The notes under the pieces were generated by a model. That model did not search any database. It was not told the origin of the DNA and saw only the letters and a list, made by a program, of their open reading frames with translations. The translations under genes were made by a program, and so were the position numbers. A stretch of DNA of 59,201 nt, counting the filler. It is 6 parts of 6 records of this genome, joined end to end, with 100 filler letters (N's around TTAATTAATTAA, not from the genome) between each part and the next. Parts side by side here need not be neighbours in the genome. Positions count along the whole stretch, not along the records: positions 6,463 to 11,849 come from SRR2962707_2462; positions 11,950 to 20,926 come from SRR2962707_2463; 4 more parts are not named here. One strand, written 5' to 3'. This document shows, piece by piece, positions 9,701 through 21,026 of the stretch; position 1 is the stretch's first letter; every line of letters starts with the position of its first letter.

Positions 9701-10235
9701 CCAGCTTGATCAGTTGTCGGCGCAGCTGAGCGATCTCATCATCCTTGGCCGCGAGCGTCGCATTGAGCTGCTGGAGCTGGGCGAAGCTGCGCTTGAGCAC
9801 GTCGTCCCGGCGGGTGAGTTCGCTGGCGTCAAATGTCAGGCCGGCAGGCGGGCGGCGGGCGCGGCCATAGGTGGCGGCGAGCCAGAAGGATATGTGGAAG
9901 AGGTCTTCCACCGCCTGACGCACCAGGGCTGCTTCCACCTCACGCGCCTCGTGGGCGGCGCGATTGCCAACCTTGGTGACGAGCCGGATCTTGGTGAAGA
10001 TGGTCTCGCCTACCAGCGCCTTGAAGGTCGGCTCATGGGTCAGCGCGGAGAGGGTTTCCTCATAGGGGAATTTGAGGCTGCGGTCGTGCTTGTAGAGCCA
10101 CTTGACCAACACTTCGACACTCTTGCGCGCATAAATCGCCGCCGCCCCCGGCGCGCCAACACCCTGCCGCTCGGATTCCCTGGCCAGGGCGAAGATCTCG
10201 GGGAACTCGTCGGCAAGAAAGGCGAAATTGCTCAT
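6705..10235 (-). CDS. hsdR: Type I restriction enzyme R subunit (N-terminal DUF4145-like region, PD-(D/E)xK nuclease, DEAH translocase, EcoEI-type C-terminus)
   Basis: GYADYVL...VVEAKR nuclease motif, MATGSGKT Walker A, IIDEAHRS, GLTATP, MLDTGIDVP, QILGRGTRL; 1176 aa; follows hsdS. Confidence 0.96.
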   Translation of the reverse strand: MSNFAFLADEFPEIFALARESERQGVGAPGAAAIYARKSVEVLVKWLYKHDRSLKFPYEETLSALTHEPTFKALVGETIFTKIRLVTKVGNRAAHEAREVEAALVRQAVEDLFHISFWLAATYGRARRPPAGLTFDASELTRRDDVLKRSFAQLQQLNATLAAKDDEIAQLRRQLIKLESLSSSRLTAAKPPSDDMAFSGWVAIDAEDDWVSDLALARDEIEEAKRANQAAPIAHDANEAATRDTYIDLLLAEAGWPLANPQDREFPIEGMPNGAGVGYADYVLWGDDGLPLAVVEAKRTRRSPAEGQQQVKLYADGLDARYGQRPVIFLTNGYEHWIWDDAAYPKREIQGFLKKDELALMIERRRARRPLVDAEINSKIVSRPYQHRAIRKTAQSFERDKQRKALLVMATGSGKTRTVIALVDLLMKANWAKRVLFLCDRQALVKQAANAFKAHLPDAATVNLLDDKAGQGRVYVSTYPTMMNLIDQKREDGRKFGVGHFDLVIIDEAHRSVYQRYGAIFDYFDSLLVGLTATPRDEIDRNTYGLFELEDGVPTDYYSLEQAVADEWLVPPEAVSVPLKFQREGIRYDQLSPEEKDQWDMLEWDEDEIPESVDAQAVNRWLFNTDTVDKVLAHVMTHGLKVEGGDRLGKTIIFAKNQAHAEFVEQRFNANYPALAGHFARVITFKTEYAQSLIDDFSIKDKAPHIAISVDMLDTGIDVPEVVNLVLFKLIRSKTKFWQILGRGTRLCEDLFGPGRDKECFYVFDFCQNLEYFSQNLPNTNGSTGKGLSQRLFEARLDLVLALDEKAKAERLLGASEEGEAFIGEDGETAAPTTNGELRSQALAVLRDYVAGMDVDNFVVRPHRRSVEKWQQPETWASLDAGMRDELVNEIAGLPTDRKLGNEAAKRFDLLMFNLQLTQLKASKSFDRYRQQLVLIAQALEEQLAIPVVAAQQELILEIQGETWWEGVTVPLLELVRLRLRDLVQHIAKTRGALVYSDFVDEVGIGAPIDLPQIGAVDFARFKRKARHFLLEHQDNLTLQKLRRGLPLTQVDLDQLADLLLSAGVGDQAQLEKAAELSRGLGRFVRSLVGLDRAAVAAQFSAFVSAGTASADQLEFVDLVIEHLTEKGIMDPRLLYESPFKDIAPSGPEQVFSIERTDELFDVIDRINMSAGEEVA

Positions 10236-10253
10236 GGGCGGGTTTTCGCGGGT

Positions 10254-11399
10254 TTAGAGCTGGCCGGAAAAGGCGCGGTGCTGGAGGGAGGAAAAGAGGT
10301 GGTTCACATCATCAGCCTCTTGTTTAACGGCGACGCCAACCTCTGAAACTTTGGTGGCACGGCTCAAGAACTCGTCTTGCAACAAAGTGGGAGGACAAGG
10401 AACAGCCATCTTCTTGATCTCAGTTGTGGTCGTGTTCTGAAAAATCGCGCCTGCAGTTCCTTTGGCATGAAGCGACTTCATCATATGCAACATCAGCATG
10501 AAAAAGCCGGGTCTGACAACACTCTCGTCAAGCTCCAGAAATCCCACAAAGCCGTCATGAATACACGCGTCTACTGCTAGCCTGGATACCAGTCCCACGT
10601 CGCCACTTACCGCCATAACGACGGTGCCAGCTGGGGCAGGACGACTTTTCTTTGCCCCTTCAACTGTGAGACTATCTATCCGAGGCGTCACCCAAAAGCC
10701 GTCTCTCGTAATGTCGGCTATCATCAAGCGAGGAACGGGACCCCCAAAGAACCGAGGATCCCCTTGCGGCCGAGGAGACGAGCCACGAACCAGACCGCAG
10801 AGATTGTCCACGATTTCGGTCTTCCAGCCCCGAGTATTACTGATGGGGTCCCCAAACATTTCCAGAAAGATCGACTGCGTCAGGCTGTCGAGCAGCGCGA
10901 TGGCGCGCTTGCGCTTTTGGCGCAGCGCATCGGCCTTGTCCAAAATCGCCGCGATCCGCAGCTGCTCGTCGAGGGGCGGGAGCAAGAGTTGGACAGCGCG
11001 CAGGTCTTTCGCTGAAAGGTGCTTGACCGTAACGAACGGGGTCCGGTCTTCAATCGTTTTGAGAACCTTCGGCAGAAGATGATAGAGATAGCCCGTATCG
11101 AGACGATCCGAATGCGGGGTGATCTTGCAGACTCGTTGGTTCAGCAGTGCTGATCCACCGCTCCAACGCTGTCGATTGAACTCACCGTCCATCCCGACGA
11201 GCAGGTCGCCGTCTTTGACCAAGAATTGCGGATCAAAGTCGCCCTGGTAGTAGGTGTCGGAAAAGCCGCGAACAACGTCGCGGATTCGCACCAAGGGAAG
11301 GCCAAGCTGATCATTGTTGAAGTTGACAGACTTGAATGCGAAGCCGCTCAGTATGTCGACCACGGCTCCCAGTTGAGTCGACCCAAAATGAGCGTTCAC
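10254..11399 (-). CDS. hsdS: Type I R-M specificity subunit with two TRDs
   Basis: TRD1 - PPLDEQLRIAAILDKADALRQKR...MFGDP - TRD2 - PPTLLQDEF...LFSSLQHRAFSGQL. GTG start overlaps the hsdM stop (GTGA). Confidence 0.95.
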   Translation of the reverse strand: MNAHFGSTQLGAVVDILSGFAFKSVNFNNDQLGLPLVRIRDVVRGFSDTYYQGDFDPQFLVKDGDLLVGMDGEFNRQRWSGGSALLNQRVCKITPHSDRLDTGYLYHLLPKVLKTIEDRTPFVTVKHLSAKDLRAVQLLLPPLDEQLRIAAILDKADALRQKRKRAIALLDSLTQSIFLEMFGDPISNTRGWKTEIVDNLCGLVRGSSPRPQGDPRFFGGPVPRLMIADITRDGFWVTPRIDSLTVEGAKKSRPAPAGTVVMAVSGDVGLVSRLAVDACIHDGFVGFLELDESVVRPGFFMLMLHMMKSLHAKGTAGAIFQNTTTTEIKKMAVPCPPTLLQDEFLSRATKVSEVGVAVKQEADDVNHLFSSLQHRAFSGQL

Positions 11400-11849
11400 A
11401 GCATCGTCTCCAGCTCATCCAGCCCTTGGGCAATCTCCGCCTCAAGGGCCTTCAACTCAGCGATGATCTCCCTGGGCGGGCGGTGCTCCACCGTCTCGTG
11501 CTCGACTTCCTTGTAGCGGTTGATCGAGAGGTCGTAGTCCGCACCCGCGATCTCGGCCTTGGGCACGCAAAAGCTCTGGGCCGTGCGCGGGCGCTCTCGC
11601 TCGGCGCCATTGCGCTCGGCCCAGCGCGTCAGCACGTCGGGCAGGTTGTTCTTATCGTGCTCGGCTTCGTTTAGCGCCTCATCAGGTCGCACGCCCAGCT
11701 TTTCGGTCGGCAAAAGCGACGTGCGCTTGTCATCGAGGCTGATGCCATCGGCGGCGACATCATAGAACCAGACATGGTCGGTGCCGCCCGAATTGGTCTT
11801 GGTGAAGATGACAATGGCCGTCGACACACCGGCATAGGGCCGGAACACG
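11396..11849 (-). CDS. hsdM: Type I R-M methyltransferase, C-terminal part (truncated by contig end)
   Basis: VFRPYAGVSTAIVIFTK, VWFYDVAADGISLDDKR and YDLSINRYKE, typical of the HsdM C-terminus. Confidence 0.93.
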
Positions 11850-11949
11850 NNNNNNNNNNNNNNNNNNNNNNNNNNNNNNNNNNNNNNNNNNNNTTAATTA
11901 ATTAANNNNNNNNNNNNNNNNNNNNNNNNNNNNNNNNNNNNNNNNNNNN
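11850..11949. other. Artificial contig spacer
   Basis: Same N44-TTAATTAATTAA-N44 linker. Confidence 0.99.
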
Positions 11950-13638
11950 CAGACAGGTGGCGCTCTGGGTTTTCGGGAAAGCGATGACGTCGCGGATTGA
12001 CGAAGAACCGGTCATCAGCATCACCAGACGATCCAGACCAAAGGCCAGACCACCGTGAGGCGGGCAACCAAATTTCAGGGCATCCAGCAGGAAGCCAAAC
12101 TTGGCACGAGCCTCTTCCTCTCCGATACCCAGGATACGGAACACCGCTTCCTGCATTCTCTCGTCGTGGATACGGATAGAACCACCGCCCAGCTCGGTAC
12201 CATTGAGCACCATGTCATAGGCACGGGACAAGGCGTTCGCCGGGTCTGCTGCCAGATCTTCCGGACTGCAGGACGGTGCCGTGAACGGGTGGTGAATGGC
12301 GGTCAGATTGCCATCCGGCAGCTCCTCGAACATCGGGAAGTCTACAACCCACATTGGTGCCCACTCGCAGGTAAGCATGTTGAGGTCGTGTCCTACCTTG
12401 ATACGCAGGGCGCCCAGGGCTTCATTCACGACGGTAGCCTTATCAGCGCCGAAGAAGACGATATCGCCATCTTCCGCACCTACGCGCTCCATGATGGCCA
12501 GCGCAACGTCGTCACCCAGGAATTTCACGATTGGCGACTGCAGGCCTTCGGCACCCTTGGCCAGTTCGTTTACCTTGATGTAGGCCAGGCCCTTGGCACC
12601 GTAGATACCAACAAACTTGGTGTAGTCATCAATCTGTTTACGGGTCAGCTCGGCACCCTTGGGCACGCGAAGGGCGGCGACACGGCCTTTCGGATCTTTG
12701 GCGGGACCAGCGAACACCTTGAAGTCCACGCTTTCCACCAGATCACCCACATCCTGAAGTTCCAGAGGGATACGAAGGTCCGGCTTGTCGCTGCCGTAAC
12801 GCTGCATGGCTTCAGAATACGGCATGCGCGGAAACTCCGGCAGCTCAACATCCAGCACATCCTTGAACAGGGAACGAATCATTTCCTCGTTCAGGCCCAT
12901 CAGGGTTTCTTCATCGATGAAAGAAGCCTCGATGTCCACCTGGGTAAACTCGGGCTGACGATCGGCACGCAGATCTTCATCGCGGAAACACTTGGCAATC
13001 TGGTAGTAGCGATCTACACCAGACACCATCAGCAACTGTTTGAACAGCTGCGGCGACTGTGGCAGAGCGAAGAAGGAACCTTCGTGGGTACGGCTCGGTA
13101 CCAGGTAGTCACGGGCACCTTCCGGGGTGGCACGGGTCAGGATCGGGGTTTCCACATCCATGAATCCGCGGCTGTCCAGGAAGTTCCGGATGTAACTGGT
13201 CACACGGGAACGGAACCGCAGACGGTTGATCATCTCCGGGCGACGCAGATCTACGAACCGGTAGCGCAGGCGAACATCCTCGCCCACGTCGACGTGCTCA
13301 TCCAGCGGGAACGGCGGGGTGGCGGCTGCGTTCAGAATGACCAGCTCTTTGCCCAACAGCTCGACCTGGCCAGTGGGCATGTTGTTGTTCTCGGTACCCG
13401 CGGGGCGACGACGAACGCGGCCGGTCACCTTGATAACAAATTCGCTGCGGACTTTCTCCGCCAGAGCAAAACTTTCAGGGGTGTCCGGATCGACCACAAC
13501 CTGAGACATGCCATCCCGATCTCGCAGATCCAGAAAGATGACCCCACCGTGGTCACGGCGGCGGTGTACCCATCCGCAGAGTGTGACTTCCTGATCGATG
13601 TGAGATTCGTTAATCCCACCGCAATAATGGCTGCGCAT
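11950..13638 (-). CDS. aspS: Aspartyl-tRNA synthetase, likely non-discriminating Asp/Asn type (3' end truncated)
   Basis: [67 protein letters not shown]. Confidence 0.97.
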
Positions 13639-13686
13639 ATCGGTTCCCGTTCGTTCTGAATGTGTTCGCGTTGAATCAAAGAATTT

Positions 13687-13741
13687 GGGCGGCTATAGCC
13701 GAAAAGCCGCCCATTATAAACACAATGGCTTTGAAAATCAG
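13687..13741 (-). promoter_or_regulatory. Putative sigma70 promoter of aspS with GC-rich discriminator and overlapping hairpin
   Basis: Perfect TATAAT on the minus strand (13718-13713) followed by GGGCGG; inverted repeat GGGCGGCT/AGCCGCCC at 13687-13712. The -35 match (CTGATT) is weak. Confidence 0.55.
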
Positions 13742-13842
13742 GCGTCCGGAAACAGAATTGACACCGGATATCCGGCAGCGGGATGACTATCAAAAGACCG
13801 GGGGCTAGAATGCATGGTTTGACCGGACCATGGAGTAAGACG

Positions 13843-14469
13843 TTGGCCACCCGAGCGGAACAGAAACTGAAAACCCGTCGAGCACTGATGGACGCTGCCC
13901 TCGCCCAACTGAGCGCAGACCGGGGCTTTGGCAGCCTGAGTTTGCGGGAAGTCGCCCGGGAGGCCGGCATTGCCCCCACATCCTTTTATCGGCACTTCGC
14001 CGAGCTGGACGAACTCGGCCTGGCCCTGGTGGACGAAGGCGGCGTGGCTCTGCGGCAGCTGATGCGCCAGGCCCGTAAACGTATTGCCCGGGACGGCAGT
14101 GCAATTTCCACTTCGGTGGACACCTTCATGGAGTACCTGGGTAACAACGCCAACCTGTTCCGCCTGATGCTGAGGGAGCGCACCGGCGTATCCAAGCCTT
14201 TCCGGACGGCGGTGAAAGCAGAAATCGACCATTTCGTAACGGAGCTGGCCGACGATCTTGGCCGGTTTGCCGACGAACAGAACAAACCCCTGGCGGAAGC
14301 CAGGATTGTCGCCGAAGCCATGGTCACACTGGTCTTCAATCAAGGCGCCGAGGCGCTGGATGCAGCCCCGAAAGAGCGAGAAGAACTCAAGCAGAAATTG
14401 AAAACCGAGCTGAGAATGATTCTGGTGGGTTCCCAGACCCTGGCCCAGTGGCAGCAGGGTCTGGATTGA
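13843..14469 (+). CDS. fabR: TetR-family fatty-acid biosynthesis repressor
   Basis: [16 protein letters not shown]...[22 protein letters not shown]...[13 protein letters not shown] closely matches FabR. TTG start at 13843 with GGAG RBS. Confidence 0.9.
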   Translation: MATRAEQKLKTRRALMDAALAQLSADRGFGSLSLREVAREAGIAPTSFYRHFAELDELGLALVDEGGVALRQLMRQARKRIARDGSAISTSVDTFMEYLGNNANLFRLMLRERTGVSKPFRTAVKAEIDHFVTELADDLGRFADEQNKPLAEARIVAEAMVTLVFNQGAEALDAAPKEREELKQKLKTELRMILVGSQTLAQWQQGLD

Positions 14470-14480
14470 GCTACTAAATC

Positions 14481-14891
14481 TTAGGCAAGTTGCTCAAGTA
14501 GCGGCTGCAGCTTTGCTTTCACACTGGCTAGCTGCTCTTCTGTGTAAGGTACAGGAGGCTGCTTGCCCCACACCGGGCCCGGCCAAGCCGGGTCGCCCTG
14601 ATAGCGGACAATATGATGCAAGTGCAACTGGGGCACCATATTGCCCAGCGCTGCCACATTCATCTTGTCTCCCGCAAACAGATCCATCATCCCCTCACTC
14701 AGCACCGAGGACTCCGCCAGCAATTGTTGCTGCTGTTCGCTCGCCAACTGGTAGATTTCCCGGATGCCGGATACCCGGGGCACCAGAATGATCCAGGGCC
14801 AGGTGCTGTCGTTCATCAGCAAGACATCGCAAAGACGACTCTCTCCCAGCTTGTGGGTATCCGCCGCCAAACGCTCATGAAGCTGGAACAT
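14481..14891 (-). CDS. HIT-family hydrolase
   Basis: KMNVAALGNMVPQLHLHHIVR...DPAWPGPVWG; GGGAGG RBS. Confidence 0.9.
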   Translation of the reverse strand: MFQLHERLAADTHKLGESRLCDVLLMNDSTWPWIILVPRVSGIREIYQLASEQQQQLLAESSVLSEGMMDLFAGDKMNVAALGNMVPQLHLHHIVRYQGDPAWPGPVWGKQPPVPYTEEQLASVKAKLQPLLEQLA

Positions 14892-14909
14892 CAACACCCT
14901 CCCCGACCA

Positions 14910-16256
14910 TCAGACCGCTGAATGGAACTGGTTACGGCCGCGGCCAATGGCGTAGTAGATCAGGCCATGACGCTCCAGCATTTCCGGCTCGTACAGGTTG
15001 CGGCCGTCAAACACCACCGGCTCACTCAAGGTGGAGGCAATCACATCAAAGTCCGGCGAGCGGAACTCTTTCCACTCGGTGCAGATCACCAGTACGTCAG
15101 CACCCTTCAACGCCTGTTCTTTGGTACCGCACAAAGTCAGTCCGTCGTGATCCCCGTAGATGCGCTGGGTTTCCTCCATGGCTTCCGGATCGAAAGCCTG
15201 CACCTTCGCACCGGCTTTCCAGAGATCTTCCATCAGGGTGCGGGAAGATGCTTCGCGCATGTCATCTGTGTTGGGCTTGAACGCCAGACCCCAGAGCGCC
15301 ACGGTCTTGCCCTTCAGATCACCCTGAAAGTAGTGCGAGACCTTGTCGAACAGCACATGCTTCTGGGCATAGTTCACTGCTTCCACCGCGTTCAGCAGCT
15401 TGGACTCGTAGTCGCAGTCGCGGGCGGTGCGAGCCAGGGCCTGCACATCTTTCGGGAAGCAGGAACCGCCGTAACCGCAACCCGGGTAGATAAAGTGGTA
15501 ACCGATACGCGGATCAGAACCGATACCCCGGCGCACTTCTTCAATATCCGCGCCCAGCCGCTCGGCCAGGTTTGCCACTTCGTTCATGAAGCTGATCTTG
15601 GTGGCCAGCATGGCATTGGCCGCGTACTTGGTCAGCTCAGCAGAACGGATGTCCATGAAGATCATGCGATCGTGGTTGCGGTTGAACGGGTAGTACACTT
15701 CCCGCAACACATCCGCCGCCTTTTCGCTCTCGGTGCCGACCACAATCCTGTCCGGCTTCATGAAATCGTTGATGGCAGCACCTTCTTTCAGGAATTCCGG
15801 ATTGGACACCACATCAAAATCCAGCTCCAACCCCCGCTTGTCCAGCTGGGCACGAACCGCCGCCTTTACTTTGTCGCCAGTCCCGACCGGTACGGTGGAC
15901 TTGTCCACCACCACCTTGTAATCCTCCATGTGCTGCCCAATGGATTTCGCCACTGCCAGAACATACTGAAGGTCCGCAGAACCATCTTCATCCGGTGGCG
16001 TGCCAACGGCGATAAACTGAAGGGTACCGTGCTTGACCGCTTCCTCGGTGTCCGTGGTAAATGCCAGGCGACCTGCCTCAACGGTGTGCTTGACGATGTT
16101 GTCCAGGCCTGGCTCGTAAATAGGAATCTGGCCGTTCTTCAGTTTTTCGATCTTGCCCTGGTCCACATCCATGCACAGCACGTGGTGCCCGACATCCGCC
16201 AGACAGGCGCCGGTCACAAGGCCGACATAACCGGTTCCGAAAATCGTAATCTTCAT
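14910..16256 (-). CDS. ugd: UDP-glucose 6-dehydrogenase
   Basis: [33 protein letters not shown] (catalytic Cys), [13 protein letters not shown]. Confidence 0.96.
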   Translation of the reverse strand: MKITIFGTGYVGLVTGACLADVGHHVLCMDVDQGKIEKLKNGQIPIYEPGLDNIVKHTVEAGRLAFTTDTEEAVKHGTLQFIAVGTPPDEDGSADLQYVLAVAKSIGQHMEDYKVVVDKSTVPVGTGDKVKAAVRAQLDKRGLELDFDVVSNPEFLKEGAAINDFMKPDRIVVGTESEKAADVLREVYYPFNRNHDRMIFMDIRSAELTKYAANAMLATKISFMNEVANLAERLGADIEEVRRGIGSDPRIGYHFIYPGCGYGGSCFPKDVQALARTARDCDYESKLLNAVEAVNYAQKHVLFDKVSHYFQGDLKGKTVALWGLAFKPNTDDMREASSRTLMEDLWKAGAKVQAFDPEAMEETQRIYGDHDGLTLCGTKEQALKGADVLVICTEWKEFRSPDFDVIASTLSEPVVFDGRNLYEPEMLERHGLIYYAIGRGRNQFHSAV

Positions 16257-16289
16257 GCAACTCTTCCTGAAAATTTAGAATGAAAACTG

Positions 16290-17267
16290 TCAGTGGCCTG
16301 CTTTCTTTTGCTGCCAGATCTTTTCCCAGGCCAGCGCGGTCCGCACAATGGTATTCAGATCATCAAAATCCGGCTGCCAGCCCAAGACACTCTTGATCCG
16401 AGTGTTATCGGCCATCAGCGCAGCCGGGTCGCCGGCTCGGCGTCCGGTTTCCTGTACCGGGAAGTCAACACCGGACTCGGTTTTCACCACATCAATCACT
16501 TCACGCACAGTGAAGCCACGGCCATAGCCACAATTAAGCACCTGAGACTCACCGCCTTTGGCCATATAATCCAGCGCCATAACATGGGCCTTGGCCAGAT
16601 CTTCCACATGGATGTAGTCGCGGACACAGGTGCCGTCACGGGTCTCGTAGTCGGTGCCAAACACGCTCATACCATCTCTCTGCCCGGTCACGCACTCGCA
16701 GGCTACCTTGATCAGGTGCGTTGCCTGCCCCAACAAGCCGTCCGGGTTGGCGCCGGCCACATTGAAATAGCGCAGAATCACGTAATTCAGACTGCTGGCA
16801 GCGGCGAGGTCCATCATCATGCGCTCGCTCATCATTTTCGAGGCACCGTAGGGGTTGATGGGCGCCAGCGGAAGGTCTTCCGTCAGTACGGTTTGTTCGG
16901 GCATACCGTAAACCGCTGCCGTGGAGGAAAACACCATGTAGGGAACCTGATAGCGCTCAACCATCTTGAGAAGATTCAGGGTGTTACGGGTGTTATTGCT
17001 GTAATACTTGAGGGGGTTGGCAACCGATTCCGGCACCACAATATTGGCGGCAAAATGCAGCACCGCCTCGAATCTGTGTTCGGAGAACACCGCTTCAAGC
17101 GCCTGCTCATCGGCGAGATCACCCACCACCAACTCGCCGGCGGTCACGGCCCAGCGATAACCGGTAGACAAGTTATCAAAAACGACAATGTCGTGACCTG
17201 CCGCCGCCAGTCGACGCACAACGTGACTGCCAATATACCCGGCGCCACCCGTTACCAATACTTTCAT
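16290..17267 (-). CDS. galE: UDP-glucose 4-epimerase (apparent 4-aa internal deletion)
   Basis: TGGAGYIGSH, FSSTAAVYG, YGASK, LRYFNVAGA, DGTCVRDYIHV. ATG overlaps the tadA stop (ATGA). Confidence 0.94.
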   Translation of the reverse strand: MKVLVTGGAGYIGSHVVRRLAAAGHDIVVFDNLSTGYRWAVTAGELVVGDLADEQALEAVFSEHRFEAVLHFAANIVVPESVANPLKYYSNNTRNTLNLLKMVERYQVPYMVFSSTAAVYGMPEQTVLTEDLPLAPINPYGASKMMSERMMMDLAAASSLNYVILRYFNVAGANPDGLLGQATHLIKVACECVTGQRDGMSVFGTDYETRDGTCVRDYIHVEDLAKAHVMALDYMAKGGESQVLNCGYGRGFTVREVIDVVKTESGVDFPVQETGRRAGDPAALMADNTRIKSVLGWQPDFDDLNTIVRTALAWEKIWQQKKAGH

Positions 17268-17782
17268 GGAGATTCGCTTCCCTTCCCTGAGTGTTGTTTG
17301 CGACGTTGCCGGATTTCACGGCGACGCCGGCTGAAAAATTCAGATATCACCTGACCACACGGCTCTGCCATCACCCCAGCGGAAACCTCTACCCGCCAGT
17401 TCAGGTGAGGCTCTTCCAGGGTTCGTCTGGCCGATTCCACAGCGCCGGCCTTGGGCTCCAGAGCGCCAAATACCAACCGGCTGACACGGCTGTGAACGAT
17501 CGCGCCGACACACATGGTGCAGGGCTCCAGTGTCACGTACAAGGTGGCACCGGCCAATCGATAATTGCCGACCCGGGCCGCCGCATCCCGTAACGCCCGG
17601 ATTTCCGCATGGGCCGTAGGGTCACAGCCGGAAATCGGTGCATTGAAGCCCGCACCCACTTCCTTGCCGTCAAGCACCACCACGGCCCCTACCGGCACTT
17701 CACCGACAGCATCCGCCTGACTGGCCAGAGCCAGCGCCCGGGCCATCCACAATTCATCCTCAGCGGCTGTCGTCACCGTCAA
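17264..17782 (-). CDS. tadA: tRNA-specific adenosine-34 deaminase
   Basis: GEVPVGAVVV, DPTAHAEI, LYVTLEPCTMCVGA. Confidence 0.95.
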   Translation of the reverse strand: MTVTTAAEDELWMARALALASQADAVGEVPVGAVVVLDGKEVGAGFNAPISGCDPTAHAEIRALRDAAARVGNYRLAGATLYVTLEPCTMCVGAIVHSRVSRLVFGALEPKAGAVESARRTLEEPHLNWRVEVSAGVMAEPCGQVISEFFSRRRREIRQRRKQHSGKGSESP

Positions 17783-17797
17783 ACAGCTCCCAGCCGA

Positions 17798-19375
17798 TTA
17801 TTCCCACTCAATGGTTGCAGGCGGCTTGGAGGAGATGTCGTAGGTTACCCGCGAAACACCGGAGATTTCGTTGATAATCCGGTTTGACACCGTTTCAAGC
17901 AATTCATATGGCAGGCGCGCCCAGCGAGCCGTCATGAAGTCGACGGTTTCAACCGCGCGAATCGCAATGACATATTCATAGCGACGGGCATCACCAACTA
18001 CACCCACCGATTTCACCGGCAGGAAGACGGCAAACGCCTGACTGGTCTTGTGGTACAGGTCAGCACGATGCAGTTCTTCCAGGAAGATCGCGTCGGCACG
18101 ACGCAGAATGTCCGCATACTCTTTCTTGACCTCGCCGAGGATACGAACGCCCAGCCCAGGCCCCGGGAATGGATGGCGATACACCATGTCATATGGCAGG
18201 CCCAGCTCAAGGCCGATCCGGCGCACCTCGTCTTTAAACAGCTCACGCAGGGGCTCGACCAGCTTCATTTTCATGGTTTCCGGCAGGCCACCCACATTAT
18301 GATGGGACTTGATGACGTGAGCTTTACCGGTCTTGGACGCCGCAGATTCAATCACGTCCGGGTAAATTGTGCCCTGGGCAAGCCAGTTCACGTCTTTGAT
18401 ATTGGCCGCTTCGTCGTCGAACACGTCAATGAAGGTATTACCGATGATCTTGCGCTTCTGCTCCGGATCGTTCACGCCCTTGAGCTTGGACAGGAACAAG
18501 TCTTCAGCGTCTACACGGATAACCTTAACGCCCATGTTACTGGCAAACATGTCCATCACCTGATCGCCTTCGTGCAGGCGCAGCAGGCCGTTGTCCACGA
18601 ACACGCAGGTAAGCTGGTCACCGATGGCTTTATGCAACAACGCCGCCGTAACCGAAGAATCCACACCACCAGACAGGCCCAGCAACACCTTGTCGCTGCC
18701 GACCTGCTCGCGGATCTGACGAACCGCGTCATCCACGATTTTCGCCGGCGTCCAGAGGGCTTCGCAGCCACAGATGGTCATCACGAAGTGTTCCAGAATA
18801 CGCTTGCCCTGCAGCGTATGCGTCACTTCCGGGTGAAACTGAACACCGAACAGGCCGCGGCTCAGATCCTGCATAGCTGCAATCGGCGCACTTTCAGTGG
18901 AAGCCAGCAGTTCAAAACCTTCCGGCATGGCCACTACTTTATCACCGTGGCTCATCCACACATCCAGCAGGGACTCACCGGCCGGTGTCAGGTGGTCTGT
19001 GATATCCGCCAGCAATGGTCCCTTGGCCCGCACTTTCACCTGGGCGTAACCAAACTCCCGCTTCTCGGAACTGGCTACCCGACCGCCAAGCTGCTCTGCC
19101 ATGGTCTGCATGCCGTAGCAGATACCCAGCACCGGAATACCACGATCGAACAGACCTTCCGGGGCACGCGGGCCACCGAGCTGGGTGACCGATTCCGGGC
19201 CGCCCGCCAGAATAATACCCTTGGGATTGAACTCGTTAAGTTCGTCATCGGTGATATCGAATGCCTTGATCTCGCAGTAAACCCCGATTTCACGAACGCG
19301 ACGAGCGATCAACTGGGTGTACTGGGAACCGAAATCGAGAATCAGGATACGGTGGTCGTGAATGTTCTGGGCCAT
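17798..19375 (-). CDS. guaA: GMP synthase (glutamine-hydrolysing)
   Basis: [49 protein letters not shown]. Confidence 0.98.
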   Translation of the reverse strand: MAQNIHDHRILILDFGSQYTQLIARRVREIGVYCEIKAFDITDDELNEFNPKGIILAGGPESVTQLGGPRAPEGLFDRGIPVLGICYGMQTMAEQLGGRVASSEKREFGYAQVKVRAKGPLLADITDHLTPAGESLLDVWMSHGDKVVAMPEGFELLASTESAPIAAMQDLSRGLFGVQFHPEVTHTLQGKRILEHFVMTICGCEALWTPAKIVDDAVRQIREQVGSDKVLLGLSGGVDSSVTAALLHKAIGDQLTCVFVDNGLLRLHEGDQVMDMFASNMGVKVIRVDAEDLFLSKLKGVNDPEQKRKIIGNTFIDVFDDEAANIKDVNWLAQGTIYPDVIESAASKTGKAHVIKSHHNVGGLPETMKMKLVEPLRELFKDEVRRIGLELGLPYDMVYRHPFPGPGLGVRILGEVKKEYADILRRADAIFLEELHRADLYHKTSQAFAVFLPVKSVGVVGDARRYEYVIAIRAVETVDFMTARWARLPYELLETVSNRIINEISGVSRVTYDISSKPPATIEWE

Positions 19376-19391
19376 GGAGTCCTCGGGCTGT

Positions 19392-19425
19392 AAAGAAACA
19401 ACGCGGCCCGGAAACCGGGCCGCGT
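19392..19425 (-). terminator. Strong hairpin with U-rich tail between guaB and guaA
   Basis: ACGCGGCCCGG-(3 nt)-CCGGGCCGCGT, a perfect 11-bp stem at 19401-19425, followed on the minus strand by TGTTTCTTT. Confidence 0.6.
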
Positions 19426-19440
19426 CTGATCAGGCAAAGA

Positions 19441-20925
<1,485 letters not shown>

Positions 20926-20926
20926 G

Positions 20927-21026
20927 NNNNNNNNNNNNNNNNNNNNNNNNNNNNNNNNNNNNNNNNNNNNTTAATTAATTAANNNNNNNNNNNNNNNNNN
21001 NNNNNNNNNNNNNNNNNNNNNNNNNN
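20927..21026. other. Artificial contig spacer
   Basis: Same linker. Confidence 0.99.

Noticed and set aside
5316..13638. Apparent insertion of an R-M island between znuC and aspS
   Set aside because: The adjacency is created by contig concatenation, not biology.
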